This document shows positions 46,749 through 58,779 of a DNA stretch of 64,000 bases, piece by piece. The translations under genes and the position numbers were made by a program. This DNA comes from Verrucomicrobiota bacterium (GTDB taxonomy: Bacteria > Verrucomicrobiota > Verrucomicrobiia > Opitutales > Oceanipulchritudinaceae): positions 56,992-120,991 of the forward strand of contig JBJHBA010000013.1 of the NCBI GenBank assembly GCA_050485245.1, written 5' to 3'. The number at the start of each line of letters is the position of its first letter. Position 1 is the stretch's first letter. The notes below the pieces were generated by a model, which had not been told where the DNA came from, searched no databases, and worked only from the letters and a program-made list of their open reading frames with translations.

Positions 46749-47639
46749 TTATAGGGCATCGTATTCGATCTTCGACAATTCAGCCCAGAAGCTGCCGACC
46801 GCAACTTCACTTTCCATTCTTAAGGGGACATGGGGAGGCTCGGTGGAAAACCAGAAGCGGACGCCTGAGTTGGAACTGCGGGAGAAAACACCTCCCAGGT
46901 CCTTGATATCGGGTTCGAGCACAATGGCTTCCCGGCGGCCGATAGAGAAGCGCCGTTGGACGGTGTCCTTGACGTCAATATAGGTCAGGAAGAGTTCTCT
47001 GCCATTTGTGGTGGGGACAACGATATGGTTTCCCGGGATGAGATCGAAGGTTCCGACAAAGAAAGTGATCCCCATTGGATCCCAGGTTCCGGGAACCACC
47101 GGGATCGGGTCACGATGCTCCCCGGTGAGAAGGTTGCTGTATTGAACAGTGTTGTCTACCGGGTCAACGACCATCACCACTCGCCTTTCCCGGCGGCCTT
47201 CGTTTTGGTCATTGGTGTAATGAAGGGTGCGGGTCATTTGCTTATCGACCCAGGTAGTTGTGGTATTGCGGACTTTATAAAAACTGTCGGCGAATGAATT
47301 GGTCCGGGCGACGAGGGTGAATTTATACACTTCCTCTCCCTCCAGATCATCCGTTTCCACCAATAGTTCTGCGGAGCCGACAGTGATCCATCCCCATCCG
47401 ATGCGGTAGGTCAGCCGCATTCCGGGGGTGAAGGCGATGCTTCGATCCGGAGAAGGAACCGTTATGGAAGCCAGCATCTCCGGGGTAAGGTTGTCGGCGG
47501 TGAAGGGGTCTTCAAACTCGTCACCTTGCAGTGGAAGCACTGCGAGGGTGACCAGAAAAATCCCTACTAAATGCGGCAATCCGCGCCACCCTGCAAACCG
47601 GATAGCGGACCGCAAAGAATCTGTATATATCGCGTTCAA
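46749..47639 (-). CDS. DUF3108-like protein
   Basis: N-terminal TM/signal segment. GMRLTYRIGWGWITVGSAELLVE resembles the DUF3108 opening strand. Recognised from memory only. Confidence 0.5.
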   Translation of the reverse strand: MNAIYTDSLRSAIRFAGWRGLPHLVGIFLVTLAVLPLQGDEFEDPFTADNLTPEMLASITVPSPDRSIAFTPGMRLTYRIGWGWITVGSAELLVETDDLEGEEVYKFTLVARTNSFADSFYKVRNTTTTWVDKQMTRTLHYTNDQNEGRRERRVVMVVDPVDNTVQYSNLLTGEHRDPIPVVPGTWDPMGITFFVGTFDLIPGNHIVVPTTNGRELFLTYIDVKDTVQRRFSIGRREAIVLEPDIKDLGGVFSRSSNSGVRFWFSTEPPHVPLRMESEVAVGSFWAELSKIEYDAL

Positions 47640-47653
47640 TGCCTTGTTTGGAG

Positions 47654-50182
47654 TCAGGAAATTTTCACCGCGTTCAATTTCCAGATGTCCGAGGCATATT
47701 CCGAAATGGTCCGGTCCGAGGAGAATTTTCCGACCCGTGCGGTGTTGAGAATTGCCATTCTCGCCCAGCGTGCCGAGTCCCGATAGGCTTCATCGATTTG
47801 AGCCTGCGTTTCGACATAACTTTGGAAGTCCGCCAAAACGAAGTAGGGATCGCCTCCTTCGAGCAGGGAATCCTTCACCGGGCGCAAGGCATCAGGTTCC
47901 TGCAGGGTAAAGTAGGAAGACCCGAGCCAGTCGACGACATCCCGCAACTCAGGATTATGGAAGTAGATATCGTATGGGTTGTAGCCGCGTTCCGTTAACT
48001 CGGCGACTTCATCGACGTTCATCCCGAAAATGAAAATATTTTCGTCCCCCACTTCCTCTTTGATTTCAACATTGGCGCCGTCGAGGGTTCCAATGGTGAG
48101 TGCCCCATTAAGGGCAAACTTCATATTTCCGGTGCCGCTGGCTTCCTTCCCGGCGGTGGATATCTGCTCGCTGACATCGGCCGCGGGAATCATTTGCTCC
48201 GCCAATGAGACACGGTAGTTGGGCATGAACACGACTTTTAGCTTATCTCCAACCCTGGGATCCGAGTTGATTCTCGCCCCAACCGCATTGATGGCATGAA
48301 TGATCTTTTTCGCCAGCCAGTAACCGGGGGCGGCTTTTGCTCCGAAAAGGAAGACCCTTGGAACTCGCTCTAGTTCAGGATTCTGCAGAATCTGGCGATA
48401 GAGATATAGAATGTGAAGCAGGTTGAGGTGCTGGCGCTTATACTCATGCAGGCGCTTAATTTGAACATCAAAGATGGCATCCGCACTCACCTCAATGCCG
48501 GTCTCAGCCTTGATGGTTTCGACCAGTCTTTCCTTGTTGGCCCGCTTGATCTGCATGAAACGCTTCTGGAACTCTGCATCGTCCGCATACTTGTCCAGTT
48601 TGCGCAGCTTTTTCAGATCCGCCTGCCAGCCGTCTCCAATCGTTTCAGTGATCAGAGTGGAAAGTTTGGGGTTACAGGCCAGCAACCAGCGGCGGGGGGT
48701 AATGCCGTTGGTCTTGTTGCGGATCTTATTTGGATACAAATCATCAAAATCCTTCAGGATGTGTTTGCGCAGCAGACTGGTGTGCAAGGCCGCCACTCCG
48801 TTCACCGCATTGGAACCGACCACAGAGAGATAGGCCATGCGGATCATCTTGGGGTTGCTCTCTTCAATCAGCGAGAGTTTCTCCTTCATCTTGTCATCTC
48901 CCGGCCATTTGGCTTCGACTTCTTCTTCGAGGAAGCGGCGGTTGATCTCGTAAATGAGTTGCAGGTGACGCGGAAGGACGCGTTCAAAGAGAGGAACACT
49001 CCACTTTTCCAGCGCCTCGGGTAACAGAGTGTGGTTGGTGTAATTGCAGACCCGTCGAGTGATGTCCCAGGCTTCATCCCATTCCAAGCCTTCCTCATCA
49101 ACCAACAGGCGCATCAATTCAGCGACGGTGATGGCCGGGTGGGTATCGTTGAGTTGAATGGTCACCGTATCGGGGAAGGTCTTCCAGTCGTGATTGGAGA
49201 CGCGCCAGCGACGGATGATATCCTGCAGGGAACAGCTCACGAAGAAATACTGCTGGACCAAGCGGAGTTCTTTCCCGGATTCGGACGTGTCATTGGGGTA
49301 GAGCACCTTGGAGACCGTCTCCGCCACTGCTTTTTCCCGAACGGCTTCGACGTAGCCACCATCATTGAAGATCTCGAGGTTGAAATCTTCTGAGGCACGA
49401 GCTTCCCAGAGCCGGAGAAAGTTAACGGTTCCCACTCCATATCCGGCAATCGGGATGTCGTGAGGTTGCCCGATGATCGTTTCGGTATCATACCAGCGTG
49501 GGTGAGGGTGGCAGAATTCATCAAACTCAGTCTCCACCTTGCCATAAACGCGGACATTCCGGCAGTATTCCGGACGGACGATGCTCCAGGGTGTTCCGAA
49601 CTTGCGCCAGGCATCAGGGTGTTCCTCTTGCTTGCCATCGTCGAAGGTCTGTTTGAAGAGACCGAACTCATAAAAGATACCATATCCGATGGCTGGCAGT
49701 TCGAGTGTAGCAAGTGAATCAAGGAAGCACGCGGCCAAACGTCCGAGACCACCGTTGCCCAAGCCCATGTCTTCCTCCTCTTCACACAACTCCTCCAGTT
49801 CCAGCCCGAGCGATTTCAGCGCCTTCTTGGTCTGTTCGTAAACACCGGCATTCCAGATGTTGTTGTTGAGCAAGCGACCCATCAGATATTCCAGACTGAG
49901 ATAATAGACCCGTCGGACATTTTCATCATGGTGCGTCTCCATGGTGTTGATAAAACGGGCGAGGATGCGGTCATGGATCGCATGGCTGGTGGCAATCCAC
50001 CAGTCGCGTTTGGTCGCGGAACGCTGGTCGCGTGCGAGGGTAAAGTGCAAGTGATCAATGATGGAGGCTTTGATGCCCTCAACGGTTTCACTGATGCGGG
50101 AGGCGTCTCCGTTGGCCAAGCCTTTTGTCTTGGACGGGACATTGGCGTTGCTTGCCTTCCGGGTGTTTTTCTTGGTTGTCAT
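47654..50182 (-). CDS. glgP: Glycogen/alpha-glucan phosphorylase
   Basis: PLP-site motif is [28 protein letters not shown]. Length is 842 aa. Confidence 0.95.
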   Translation of the reverse strand: MTTKKNTRKASNANVPSKTKGLANGDASRISETVEGIKASIIDHLHFTLARDQRSATKRDWWIATSHAIHDRILARFINTMETHHDENVRRVYYLSLEYLMGRLLNNNIWNAGVYEQTKKALKSLGLELEELCEEEEDMGLGNGGLGRLAACFLDSLATLELPAIGYGIFYEFGLFKQTFDDGKQEEHPDAWRKFGTPWSIVRPEYCRNVRVYGKVETEFDEFCHPHPRWYDTETIIGQPHDIPIAGYGVGTVNFLRLWEARASEDFNLEIFNDGGYVEAVREKAVAETVSKVLYPNDTSESGKELRLVQQYFFVSCSLQDIIRRWRVSNHDWKTFPDTVTIQLNDTHPAITVAELMRLLVDEEGLEWDEAWDITRRVCNYTNHTLLPEALEKWSVPLFERVLPRHLQLIYEINRRFLEEEVEAKWPGDDKMKEKLSLIEESNPKMIRMAYLSVVGSNAVNGVAALHTSLLRKHILKDFDDLYPNKIRNKTNGITPRRWLLACNPKLSTLITETIGDGWQADLKKLRKLDKYADDAEFQKRFMQIKRANKERLVETIKAETGIEVSADAIFDVQIKRLHEYKRQHLNLLHILYLYRQILQNPELERVPRVFLFGAKAAPGYWLAKKIIHAINAVGARINSDPRVGDKLKVVFMPNYRVSLAEQMIPAADVSEQISTAGKEASGTGNMKFALNGALTIGTLDGANVEIKEEVGDENIFIFGMNVDEVAELTERGYNPYDIYFHNPELRDVVDWLGSSYFTLQEPDALRPVKDSLLEGGDPYFVLADFQSYVETQAQIDEAYRDSARWARMAILNTARVGKFSSDRTISEYASDIWKLNAVKIS

Positions 50183-50329
50183 AAAAATATCTTGGAACGG
50201 TGTTAAGGACCGGCCCCGATGGGGGGCTCCTTAAATGATGCGACTATACACCTCTTCGCAAGGGTGTGAAGTGGAAAGCCGAATCGAGCGATGTTAATTC
50301 CTTGAAACGGATGTAGCAGGTCGCGGACC

Positions 50330-52234
50330 TTATCCGTCCAGACCAAATCGTTTTCTCCATTCACTGCGCCGGACTTCAAAAAAAGTAGGGCGTCCTTTAG
50401 GATCTGACAGCGGATTGCGGCAGCCCAGCAGTTGCTCGGCCAGCAGGGGCAGTTCTTTTTCCTGCAGGCCTCCTTCCTCCCGCACCATTTTCTGTGTTGC
50501 CAGCCGGGCCACGGTTTCTCGGGCGAGGGCATCCAGTTCCGGCCGCAGCCCTCGTTCCCGAATCAAGCCTATCAGATCCCGCACCAGTTCGGTGCCCGCC
50601 TCCGGCTCAAACCAGGAGGGCATGCCCCGGATCCGAAAGAAATTGCGGCCAAAAAGTTCCAAATCAAATCCCAGTCCCTGAAAGAAGCCGAGGTGGGCTT
50701 CAAGTACATCGGCTCCCACCGGATCCAGCTCCAGATTAACGGGGAAGAGCAGAGTTTGCATGGGAGCACCTTCTTCCTGGAGTGCCGTCTCCACTTTTTC
50801 AAAAAAAACTCTCCGTCTGGCGGCCGCAACGTGCAGGCAGACAAAACCGTCGGTACTCTCAAACAGTGCCAGTCCGTCACGGGTCAATCCAAGATAGCGC
50901 CAGTCCAGTTTTCGCACCGGGGTCGAGGGCGTCGTGGCAGGCTCATTGCGAGATGCGCTTTGCCGGAACCCGTCCAGAGATGCGGGGGGAGGGGAAAATG
51001 GGCGGGTTTCCACTGGATCAGTGGGGGCTGGCGCAGTGGGGGTCTCTGTCGGTTCCGCCTTCACCGGAGGATGGATGGGTGGTGCCTGCTTTAAGCCTTG
51101 GTCTGTTCGAGCACGCAACAATTCAGCGGCTTTCTGTCTGGCGGCCTGCGTGGGGGATTCGGGAGGGCGAACCGCTTGGGCGGATGGAATCCTGTCCACC
51201 GGGCGTGCCCGTTTCAGCACTTGGTCAGAGGTGGTGCGAAGGGAACCGAGAATAGCCTGCATCACAACTTGCCGCACGAGTCCTTCATCGCGGAAGCGGA
51301 CTTCCCGTTTGGCCGGATGCACGTTGACATCTACTGCCGCAGGCGGGAGATCCACAAACAAAAAGGCGAGGGGATAGCGACCTTTGGGGATATAAGTATG
51401 GTAGCTTTCGATCAGGGCATAGCTCAACACCCTGTTGTCCACTGGCCGTCGGTTGACGAATGTAAACAGTTCGGCGCGGGTGGAACGCCCCGCTCCGGGG
51501 CGTCCGATCAGCCCCGAAACACTGATACCTCCAGAACTTTCCTTTTCGACCGTGGTGTCGTTGAGGGGAATAAGATCTTCCGACAGTTGCCTGCCGAAGA
51601 TTTCCCGGACCCGTTGTTTGAGGTCGGATCCCGGCGGGGAGCGAAAACGGAGGTTCCCGTCCTCAATCAAGGCAAAGCCGATCTCTGGGTGCGCCACCGC
51701 AAAAAGGCGGCATAACTGGGTAATATGGGCCGCTTCGGTGCGGTCGGTTTTGAGGAACTTCCGTCGTGCGGGAACACTGTGAAAGAGACGGGCGACTTCG
51801 ATCGTGGTGCCGGGCGGGCAACCGGCATCTTTCACCGTGAGGGGGCCGAGGCCATCGGCCTGGATCTCTGTCCCGGACTCTGCCGCTTTTTCCCGGGTGC
51901 GCAGGGTGAATTTGCTGACACTGGCAATACTGGGAAGTGCTTCTCCGCGAAAACCGAAGCTGCCGATGCGCAAGAGGTCAGCCGTTTCCCGCAGCTTGCT
52001 GGTAGCATGCCGCTGCAGGCTGAGCACAGCGTCTTCCCGGTCCATCCCGCAGCCGTCATCCGTCACCCTGATGTAGCGTTTGCCCCCCGTCCGAAACTCG
52101 ATTTCGATTTGAGTGCAACCCGCATCCAGGGCGTTTTCCACCAGCTCCTTGACCACTGCCACCGGGCGTTCGACGACTTCACCAGCGGCAATCTGGTTGG
52201 CGACATGGTCAGAGAGTTGTTGAATGCGGGCCAT
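50330..52234 (-). CDS. mutL: DNA mismatch repair protein MutL
   Basis: Motifs are IAAGEVVERP, ELVENALDAG, DDGCGM and GFRGEALPSIASV. Start at MARIQQLS (52234). Confidence 0.9.
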   Translation of the reverse strand: MARIQQLSDHVANQIAAGEVVERPVAVVKELVENALDAGCTQIEIEFRTGGKRYIRVTDDGCGMDREDAVLSLQRHATSKLRETADLLRIGSFGFRGEALPSIASVSKFTLRTREKAAESGTEIQADGLGPLTVKDAGCPPGTTIEVARLFHSVPARRKFLKTDRTEAAHITQLCRLFAVAHPEIGFALIEDGNLRFRSPPGSDLKQRVREIFGRQLSEDLIPLNDTTVEKESSGGISVSGLIGRPGAGRSTRAELFTFVNRRPVDNRVLSYALIESYHTYIPKGRYPLAFLFVDLPPAAVDVNVHPAKREVRFRDEGLVRQVVMQAILGSLRTTSDQVLKRARPVDRIPSAQAVRPPESPTQAARQKAAELLRARTDQGLKQAPPIHPPVKAEPTETPTAPAPTDPVETRPFSPPPASLDGFRQSASRNEPATTPSTPVRKLDWRYLGLTRDGLALFESTDGFVCLHVAAARRRVFFEKVETALQEEGAPMQTLLFPVNLELDPVGADVLEAHLGFFQGLGFDLELFGRNFFRIRGMPSWFEPEAGTELVRDLIGLIRERGLRPELDALARETVARLATQKMVREEGGLQEKELPLLAEQLLGCRNPLSDPKGRPTFFEVRRSEWRKRFGLDG

Positions 52235-52301
52235 ATTGCCGACAAAGCCAAGCGGAGGCACGCCAAAGGGGCAAAACCAATTTTTCCGTCCGAAAAAAAC
52301 C

Positions 52302-53807
52302 TTATTCGTCTGCCAATTCCTCCACTTTCACCTCATGGCTGCGCCCATTCAGGGTCATCCGCATATGGTGGATCTTGGAGACTTCCGCTGGACTGGAGCT
52401 GGATTTGGCGAGATTAGAAGCAGAATCGGCTGATACCGCCTGTTTAGCGGTGGCTTCGGCAGCCGGTGCCTGCTTGCTCTTATAATGTTTCTCCAGCTCT
52501 TGAGGGAACATGGCGTAGATGACGCAGTGCTCGTCATCGTCAGGCAGTCCTTTTCCCTTCAGTTCGGCCCGGAGTTTTTCCATGCGGGGTTCGAGGAGAT
52601 CGGCCGGACGCACTTCGATGGGCTTTTTACCACATTTCTCCGCCGCAATCCTGCGTACCTCGGGATCTACGGGAGCCGGGGTTTGCCCGTAATAGCCGAG
52701 AGCGATGTCCATGGCGGAAGGGGAGAAATTCTTCCACCGCCCAAACTTGACGTTGAGCATGGCCTGAACACCCACGATTTGGGAGGTCGGGGTTACCAGT
52801 GGAATCCAACCTAGCGCTTTGCGGACCACCGGAATTTCTGCAAATACCTCTTCAAACTTATCTTCCATCTTCTGCTCCTTCAACTGGTTACGGAAGTTGG
52901 AGAGCATGCCGCCGGGGACCTGATAGACCAGGGCGTCGGAGTCGACGACTTCATTGTTATGGGAAGTAAACGCTTTCAGGTCGGCGTAAACCCCGGTAAA
53001 GTGTTCCCGCAGTTTGGCCAGGGCATCGAGATCGTAGTCCGGCTTCCGCGGATGGTTCTCCAGCAGGCTGAGCATCCGCACGGTGTCCGGTTGCCCGGTG
53101 CCATTGGCAAAAGGGATAATCGAGGTATCGATGGAATCCGCCCCGGCTTCAATGGCCGCAAAATAAGTGGCACCTCCCAGACCAGCCGTCTCGTGGGTGT
53201 GCACATTGATCGGAATGCCGACTTTGGCTTTCAGCCCCTTCACAATTTGATAGCAGACATAGGGCGGGATCAGGCCGGCCATGTCTTTGATACAGATCGA
53301 GGCGCAGCCCATTTTTTCCAAAGCCATCCCCAGCTCGATAAACTTCTCAATGGTATGAAACGGGCTGGAGGTATAACAGATGACGCCCTGCGCGTGCTTG
53401 CCGGCGGCATTCACTGCGCCGACCGCTGCTTCAATATTGCGGGGGTCATTGAGGGCATCGAACACCCGGAACACATCCATCCCGTGCTTGGCCGACATCT
53501 GGACAAAGGCGGTCACCACATCGTCGGGGAAATTGGCGTATTGGACGATGTTTTGCCCCCGCAGCAGCATCATGTGCGGAGTCTTCGGGGTGCCTTTTTT
53601 GATCGCATCCAGCCGATCAAAGGGAAACTCGTTGAGGAACCGGAGGCCAGCATCAATCGTGGCACCACCCCAGGTCTCCAGCGTGCCAAAGCCCAGATTA
53701 TCCAGAGTCTCCAAGGCAGGCAACATATGCTCTGTACGCATGCGGGTGGCTGCAAGTGACTGGTGCCCGTCCCGCAGGACGGTGTTGTTGAAAACGATTG
53801 GTGCCAT
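52302..53807 (-). CDS. Carboxyltransferase of the oxaloacetate decarboxylase alpha / pyruvate carboxylase B / transcarboxylase 5S type, without a biotinyl domain
   Basis: Motifs are VLRDGHQSL, the HMGL-like TIM barrel (HTHETAGLG) and the PYC_OADA region. It ends ..HHMRMTLNGRSHEVKVEELADE* with no EAMKM motif. Confidence 0.85.
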   Translation of the reverse strand: MAPIVFNNTVLRDGHQSLAATRMRTEHMLPALETLDNLGFGTLETWGGATIDAGLRFLNEFPFDRLDAIKKGTPKTPHMMLLRGQNIVQYANFPDDVVTAFVQMSAKHGMDVFRVFDALNDPRNIEAAVGAVNAAGKHAQGVICYTSSPFHTIEKFIELGMALEKMGCASICIKDMAGLIPPYVCYQIVKGLKAKVGIPINVHTHETAGLGGATYFAAIEAGADSIDTSIIPFANGTGQPDTVRMLSLLENHPRKPDYDLDALAKLREHFTGVYADLKAFTSHNNEVVDSDALVYQVPGGMLSNFRNQLKEQKMEDKFEEVFAEIPVVRKALGWIPLVTPTSQIVGVQAMLNVKFGRWKNFSPSAMDIALGYYGQTPAPVDPEVRRIAAEKCGKKPIEVRPADLLEPRMEKLRAELKGKGLPDDDEHCVIYAMFPQELEKHYKSKQAPAAEATAKQAVSADSASNLAKSSSSPAEVSKIHHMRMTLNGRSHEVKVEELADE

Positions 53808-54004
53808 AAGAAAAATGATGCTGCAGGACGTCTGCTATTAGCGCAACCCATATCGCTCAGGTTTCGGCCGGAAAAAATCCCATAGGATATCAGAAAATGG
53901 GCACTTTCCGCCTGCCGGTTTGCCCATGAATGGGGGGATTGTGAAAAAACGGGTGAAATCGCGCTTGCCTCACACCAAGACAAAAAGCTTTATCCTTTTC
54001 TTCA

Positions 54005-57000
54005 ATGCCCAAACGCACGGACATTGAAAGTATCCTTCTCATCGGCTCCGGCCCGATCATTATCGGCCAAGCCTGTGAATTCGACTATAGCGGCACGCAA
54101 GCATGCAAAGCTCTGCGGGAGGAAGGCTACAGGGTCATTCTCGTCAACAGCAATCCGGCAACCATCATGACGGACCCGGAATTTGCTGACGTGACCTACA
54201 TCGAGCCTTTGACGGTGGAAACGCTGCGCAAGATCATCGAGCGCGAGCGCCCCGATGCGCTGCTCCCCACGCTGGGAGGTCAGACGGCGCTCAACCTTTC
54301 CTGCAAGCTCTATGAGGAAGGCATCCTCGAAGAGTTTGGGGTCGAGATGATCGGGGCACGCTATGAAGCGATTCAAAAGGGTGAAGACCGCGAACTCTTC
54401 AAGGAGGCGATGATCAAGATTGGCCTCGATGTGGCCCGCAGCTATGTGGTCAACTCGCTTGAAGAGGCCCGTCAGGCCGCCGAGGATATCGGTGCATTCC
54501 CGCTCATTTCACGGCCCAGCTTTACCTTGGGGGGAACCGGTGGAGGGGTGGCCTACAACCGCGAGGATTTTGAAGAACTGGTCATGCGCGGCCTCGATGC
54601 CAGCCCGGTGCATGAAATCATGATCGAAGAGTGCCTTCTCGGATGGAAAGAATTCGAGATGGAAGTGATGCGCGACCACAAGGACCAGTGTGTTGTCATC
54701 TGTGCGATTGAGAATTTCGACCCGATGGGCGTGCATACAGGGGACTCCATCACCGTGGCTCCCACCATGACGCTGACGGATAAAGAGTATCAACTCATGC
54801 GGGACGCCTCCTTTGCCTGTATTCGCGAGGTGGGAGTGGAGACCGGTGGTTCCAACATCCAGTTTGCCGTAAACCCGGAAAATGGACGCATGGTGGTGAT
54901 CGAAATGAATCCTCGGGTCAGCCGATCCAGCGCCCTCGCTTCCAAGGCAACCGGTTTTCCCATCGCCAAACTCGCCGCCAAACTCGCCGTCGGCTACTCG
55001 CTCGACGAGCTGCAAAACGATATCACCCGCGAGACCCCGGCCTGCTTTGAGCCCACCATTGATTACGTGGTGACCAAAATCCCGCGCTTCACTTTTGAAA
55101 AATTCCCAGGGACCGATGACACCCTGACCACTTCAATGAAGTCCGTCGGCGAAGCCATGGCGATTGGCCGGACCTTCAAGGAATCATTCCAAAAAGCCCT
55201 CCGCTCACTCGAAATCGGGGCGCGGGGCCTCGGTGGCGGCGGCCGCTTCGGGGGTGACGAAATTACCGACTCCGAGCAGATCCGCAATGGACTGACCCGC
55301 GCCACCGCGGCTCGCCCGTTTTTCCTCCGCTATGCCTTCCGCGCCGGAATGTCGGTTGAGGAGATTCAGGAGCATACGGCCATGGATATCTGGTTCCTGA
55401 CGCAAATTCAGGAGATCGTCGAGATTGAGAAAGCCCTTACGGAAGCGGGTAAATCCCTCTCCCCGGCCTTGCTCAAACAGGCCAAGGAAGCTGGCTTCAC
55501 CGATGTCCAAATCGAGCATTGCACCGGCTTGCCAATGGAGGAAATCAAGTCCCTCCGTGCGCAGCATAATTTGCAGACCAGATATCGGTTGGTCGATACC
55601 TGTGCCGCCGAATTTGAGGCTTTTACTCCCTATTATTACTCTTCTTTTGGCGACGAAAACGAAATCATCCCCAGCGACCGCAAAAAAGTGATGATTCTCG
55701 GGGGCGGGCCCAACCGCATTGGGCAGGGGATCGAGTTCGACTACTGCTGCGTCCACGCTTCCTTTGCTCTATCAGAGAACGGCTTTGAGACCGTCATGGT
55801 CAATTCGAATCCGGAAACGGTATCGACCGATTACGATACCTCCGACCGCCTCTATTTTGAGCCGCTGACCCTTGAGGACGTCCTTGAGGTCTATCATCAG
55901 GAAAAATGCTGGGGTGCGATCGTCCAGTTTGGCGGCCAGACGCCGCTCAATCTCGCACAGGAACTCAAAGCCGCGGGCGTCAATATTATCGGGACTTCTC
56001 CCGAGATGATCGATGCCGCTGAAGACCGCGAGATTTTCAAGCGTATTCTCGATGAGACCGGCCTGCGCCAGCCAATTAACCGGATTGCCCGCAACGAGAA
56101 AGAGGCTTTTGCCAGTGCGCAGGAAATCGGCTTCCCCATTCTCCTGCGTCCCAGCTTTGTACTCGGTGGCCGGGGCATGTTCATTCTCTACAGCGAGGAA
56201 GAAATGCGCAAGGTCGTCCGTGAGGTCTTTGACGTTGCTCCCGGAAAACCAGTCCTTCTCGACCAGTTTCTCGAAGATGCCATCGAGCTGGATGTCGATG
56301 CGATCAGCGATGGCGAAACCACCGTCGTCGCCGGAATGCTCGAACACATTGAATTCGCCGGCGTCCACAGTGGCGATGCGGCTATGGTCCTGCCTCCCCA
56401 CACCCTCGGCCGCAGAATTCTGGCTGAAGTCCGTGAAGCGACCGCTTCCCTCGCCAAGGCACTTAACGTGCGTGGGTTGATGAATATCCAGTTCGCCATC
56501 AAGGATGAGGATCTTTATGTCCTTGAAGTTAATCCGCGGGCTAGCCGCACCGTCCCCTTTGTCTCCAAGGCCATTGGCGTTCCACTTGCCAAATACGCCG
56601 CACTAATCATGGCCGGCAAAACACTCAAGGAGCTTGGGTTCACTGAAGAAATCACGCCTCCTTACTGGACGGTGAAGGAAAGTGTCTTCCCCTTTGCCCG
56701 CTTCCCCGGTGCCCCCATTGCCTTGACCCCTGAAATGCGCTCAACCGGTGAGGTCATGGGCATCGACGAAGACATCGGGATTGCCTTCGGAAAAGCTCAA
56801 ATGGCGGTTGGCCCTGCACTTCCGGACAAGGGAACTGTCTTTATTTCGGTGAAAAATGCCGATAAAGGGAATGTAGTCGATATCGCCCGCCGAATCCATG
56901 CCCTCGGGTTTGACATCGTTTCGACCGCCGGCACCGCCAAAGTCCTTATGGATCACGGTCTGCCCGTTCGCATGGTCTACAAGGTCAGCGAGGGGCGTCC

Positions 57001-57235
57001 ACACATTGTTGACCTGATCAAGAATCGGGAAATCGCCATGGTGATCAACACTCCCAGCGGAATGATCCCGCGCCAGGACGAAAACCACATCCGCACTCAG
57101 GCCATCAAATTCGGCGTGCCCATCATTTCAACCCTGACCGGAGCCCGCACCACGGTGGATGCCCTTCAAGCCATGCGCAAAAAGGACATCGCTGTTCGCC
57201 CCATTCAGGAGTATCACCAGCTTTTGCGGAAGTAG
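54005..57235 (+). CDS. carB: Carbamoyl-phosphate synthase large subunit
   Basis: 1076 aa. N-terminus is [33 protein letters not shown]. The ATP-grasp halves are duplicated and a C-terminal MGS-like domain is present. Confidence 0.97.
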   Translation: MPKRTDIESILLIGSGPIIIGQACEFDYSGTQACKALREEGYRVILVNSNPATIMTDPEFADVTYIEPLTVETLRKIIERERPDALLPTLGGQTALNLSCKLYEEGILEEFGVEMIGARYEAIQKGEDRELFKEAMIKIGLDVARSYVVNSLEEARQAAEDIGAFPLISRPSFTLGGTGGGVAYNREDFEELVMRGLDASPVHEIMIEECLLGWKEFEMEVMRDHKDQCVVICAIENFDPMGVHTGDSITVAPTMTLTDKEYQLMRDASFACIREVGVETGGSNIQFAVNPENGRMVVIEMNPRVSRSSALASKATGFPIAKLAAKLAVGYSLDELQNDITRETPACFEPTIDYVVTKIPRFTFEKFPGTDDTLTTSMKSVGEAMAIGRTFKESFQKALRSLEIGARGLGGGGRFGGDEITDSEQIRNGLTRATAARPFFLRYAFRAGMSVEEIQEHTAMDIWFLTQIQEIVEIEKALTEAGKSLSPALLKQAKEAGFTDVQIEHCTGLPMEEIKSLRAQHNLQTRYRLVDTCAAEFEAFTPYYYSSFGDENEIIPSDRKKVMILGGGPNRIGQGIEFDYCCVHASFALSENGFETVMVNSNPETVSTDYDTSDRLYFEPLTLEDVLEVYHQEKCWGAIVQFGGQTPLNLAQELKAAGVNIIGTSPEMIDAAEDREIFKRILDETGLRQPINRIARNEKEAFASAQEIGFPILLRPSFVLGGRGMFILYSEEEMRKVVREVFDVAPGKPVLLDQFLEDAIELDVDAISDGETTVVAGMLEHIEFAGVHSGDAAMVLPPHTLGRRILAEVREATASLAKALNVRGLMNIQFAIKDEDLYVLEVNPRASRTVPFVSKAIGVPLAKYAALIMAGKTLKELGFTEEITPPYWTVKESVFPFARFPGAPIALTPEMRSTGEVMGIDEDIGIAFGKAQMAVGPALPDKGTVFISVKNADKGNVVDIARRIHALGFDIVSTAGTAKVLMDHGLPVRMVYKVSEGRPHIVDLIKNREIAMVINTPSGMIPRQDENHIRTQAIKFGVPIISTLTGARTTVDALQAMRKKDIAVRPIQEYHQLLRK

Positions 57236-57301
57236 CTCTGCTCCCCGTAAGCCTTGCTGAGTGTTTTGATTATGTTTGGGCGGGACTTTCCGGAGTCCCG
57301 C

Positions 57302-57772
57302 TCAATTGCAGTCACCGAGATAGACTGGCGAAACATGGATCGAAGTGGAGTCGAAAAACTTTTTCACTGCTTCAGGGTAAAACCGAATATGGCGCAGACT
57401 TTCCAGCGCCAGCCAGGAGACGCCGATTTGATGGTTGTCGGTTTCCACCCCCGGGGCCGCTGCCAGAGGATCCTTGATGGAACAGAAAAATACACTCTCC
57501 AGCTGATGAAACTGGGAGTGGCGGGCCTTAAAGGTGTGATTCTTCCCAATGTATTCCCGCACATAGAGCAGGCGCTCAACAGTCACCTCCACGCCGACTT
57601 CTTCCAGACATTCCCGCCTGACGGTCTCTTCCAGAGTCTCACCGGGAAGTTGCCCTCCACCTGGTAGGATATAGTACACCCCTTCTCGGTCACGCATTTT
57701 GGTGGCGAGAAGCTTGCCATCACAGATGATGACAGCACGGGCTGCAGTGCGTATGGGCCTGATTTTCGACAT
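57302..57772 (-). CDS. NUDIX hydrolase
   Basis: Nudix box is [24 protein letters not shown]. Confidence 0.85.
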   Translation of the reverse strand: MSKIRPIRTAARAVIICDGKLLATKMRDREGVYYILPGGGQLPGETLEETVRRECLEEVGVEVTVERLLYVREYIGKNHTFKARHSQFHQLESVFFCSIKDPLAAAPGVETDNHQIGVSWLALESLRHIRFYPEAVKKFFDSTSIHVSPVYLGDCN

Positions 57773-57870
57773 CCTGCGCTAGGCTATAGGCGGGAGAGGG
57801 CTCAGGGCACAAGCCATTATTCTTCTCAGTAGCTTCCTCATGACCGCATCCACCGCACGGGGATTTGCTC

Positions 57871-58584
57871 TCAGCGGAAAAAATTGTATTTGGTAATGGC
57901 CCAAAATGCTCTTATCCCGTCACGCCATCCGATCTTTTTCCCCTCCTCATAGGTGCGTCCGTAGTAGGAGATCCCCACCTCGTAAATTCGGCACTTTTGC
58001 TTGGCCAGCTTCGCCGTGATCTCCGGTTCCACTCCGAAGCGATCCTCTTCAATCGTGATTTTGTCCAAAACCTCCTTCCGGATCATTTTGAAGCAAGTCT
58101 CCATGTCCGTCAGATTGATGTTGGTCGCCATATTGGAGAACAACGTCAGCATCCGGTTCCCCACCATGTGCCAGAAATAGACCACTCGGTGCGCTTGTCC
58201 GCCCATGAAGCGTGAACCGAAAACCGCATCTGCCTTCCCGTCGGCTATCGGCTTGAGGAGGATAGGGTACTCTGCCGGATCATATTCCAGATCCGCATCC
58301 TGTACGATGACCACATCGCCCGTTACCTCGGCAAATCCTTTGCGCAAAGCAGCCCCTTTGCCTTCATTATTTGGAGAGGAAATAACTCTCAGGGGCCCAT
58401 CAAATACCGGTTTCAGCTCCTGCAGCTTTTCACTGGTCCCGTCGGTTGAGCCGTCGTCGACCACGATTATTTCGTGAATGGAGCAGGGCGACTCCAGAAT
58501 ACGCTGCAGGATGGTGGAAATGGTACCTGCCTCATTGTAACAGGGAACGACAACCGAAAGCTTGGGTGGGGGGGATTCAGGCAT
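57871..58584 (-). CDS. Glycosyltransferase family 2 (polyprenol-phosphate glycosyltransferase-like)
   Basis: Motifs are [24 protein letters not shown] and [10 protein letters not shown]. Confidence 0.85.
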   Translation of the reverse strand: MPESPPPKLSVVVPCYNEAGTISTILQRILESPCSIHEIIVVDDGSTDGTSEKLQELKPVFDGPLRVISSPNNEGKGAALRKGFAEVTGDVVIVQDADLEYDPAEYPILLKPIADGKADAVFGSRFMGGQAHRVVYFWHMVGNRMLTLFSNMATNINLTDMETCFKMIRKEVLDKITIEEDRFGVEPEITAKLAKQKCRIYEVGISYYGRTYEEGKKIGWRDGIRAFWAITKYNFFR

Positions 58585-58779
58585 GGCTGTGAAATTGACC
58601 GCCTGCTACTCTGGTGCCTGTTCAAGCACAAAACAATCTTCAAGCTCAACGCATGCACGTTTTTCCCCAATCGAGGGAATCTGGCTGGCAAATACGTCCT
58701 CTCAAAACAGCAGCCAACACCTTCATCGTTGACGTAGAGGCGAAATATCGAAAGTTTGCCCGTTTTTCCTCACCCCGCG

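Noticed and set aside
50203-50532. 109-aa minus-strand ORF spanning the glgP-mutL spacer
   Set aside because: It overlaps the 3' end of mutL in another frame. Its composition is Trp/Cys/Lys-rich with no motifs. More likely the spacer holds the glgP promoter/leader.
55790-55815. tRNA T-arm-like string GGTCAATTCGAATCCGG. Similar TTCGAA-containing strings occur at about 33290 and 29656.
   Set aside because: They lie inside carB, nuoI and nuoF coding frames. No acceptor, D or anticodon arms can be folded around them.
57280-57301. Hairpin GCGGGACT-TTCCGG-AGTCCCGC between carB and the NUDIX gene as a terminator
   Set aside because: No U-run follows it on either strand, so I did not list it as a terminator. 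It may still act as a weak or factor-dependent stop.
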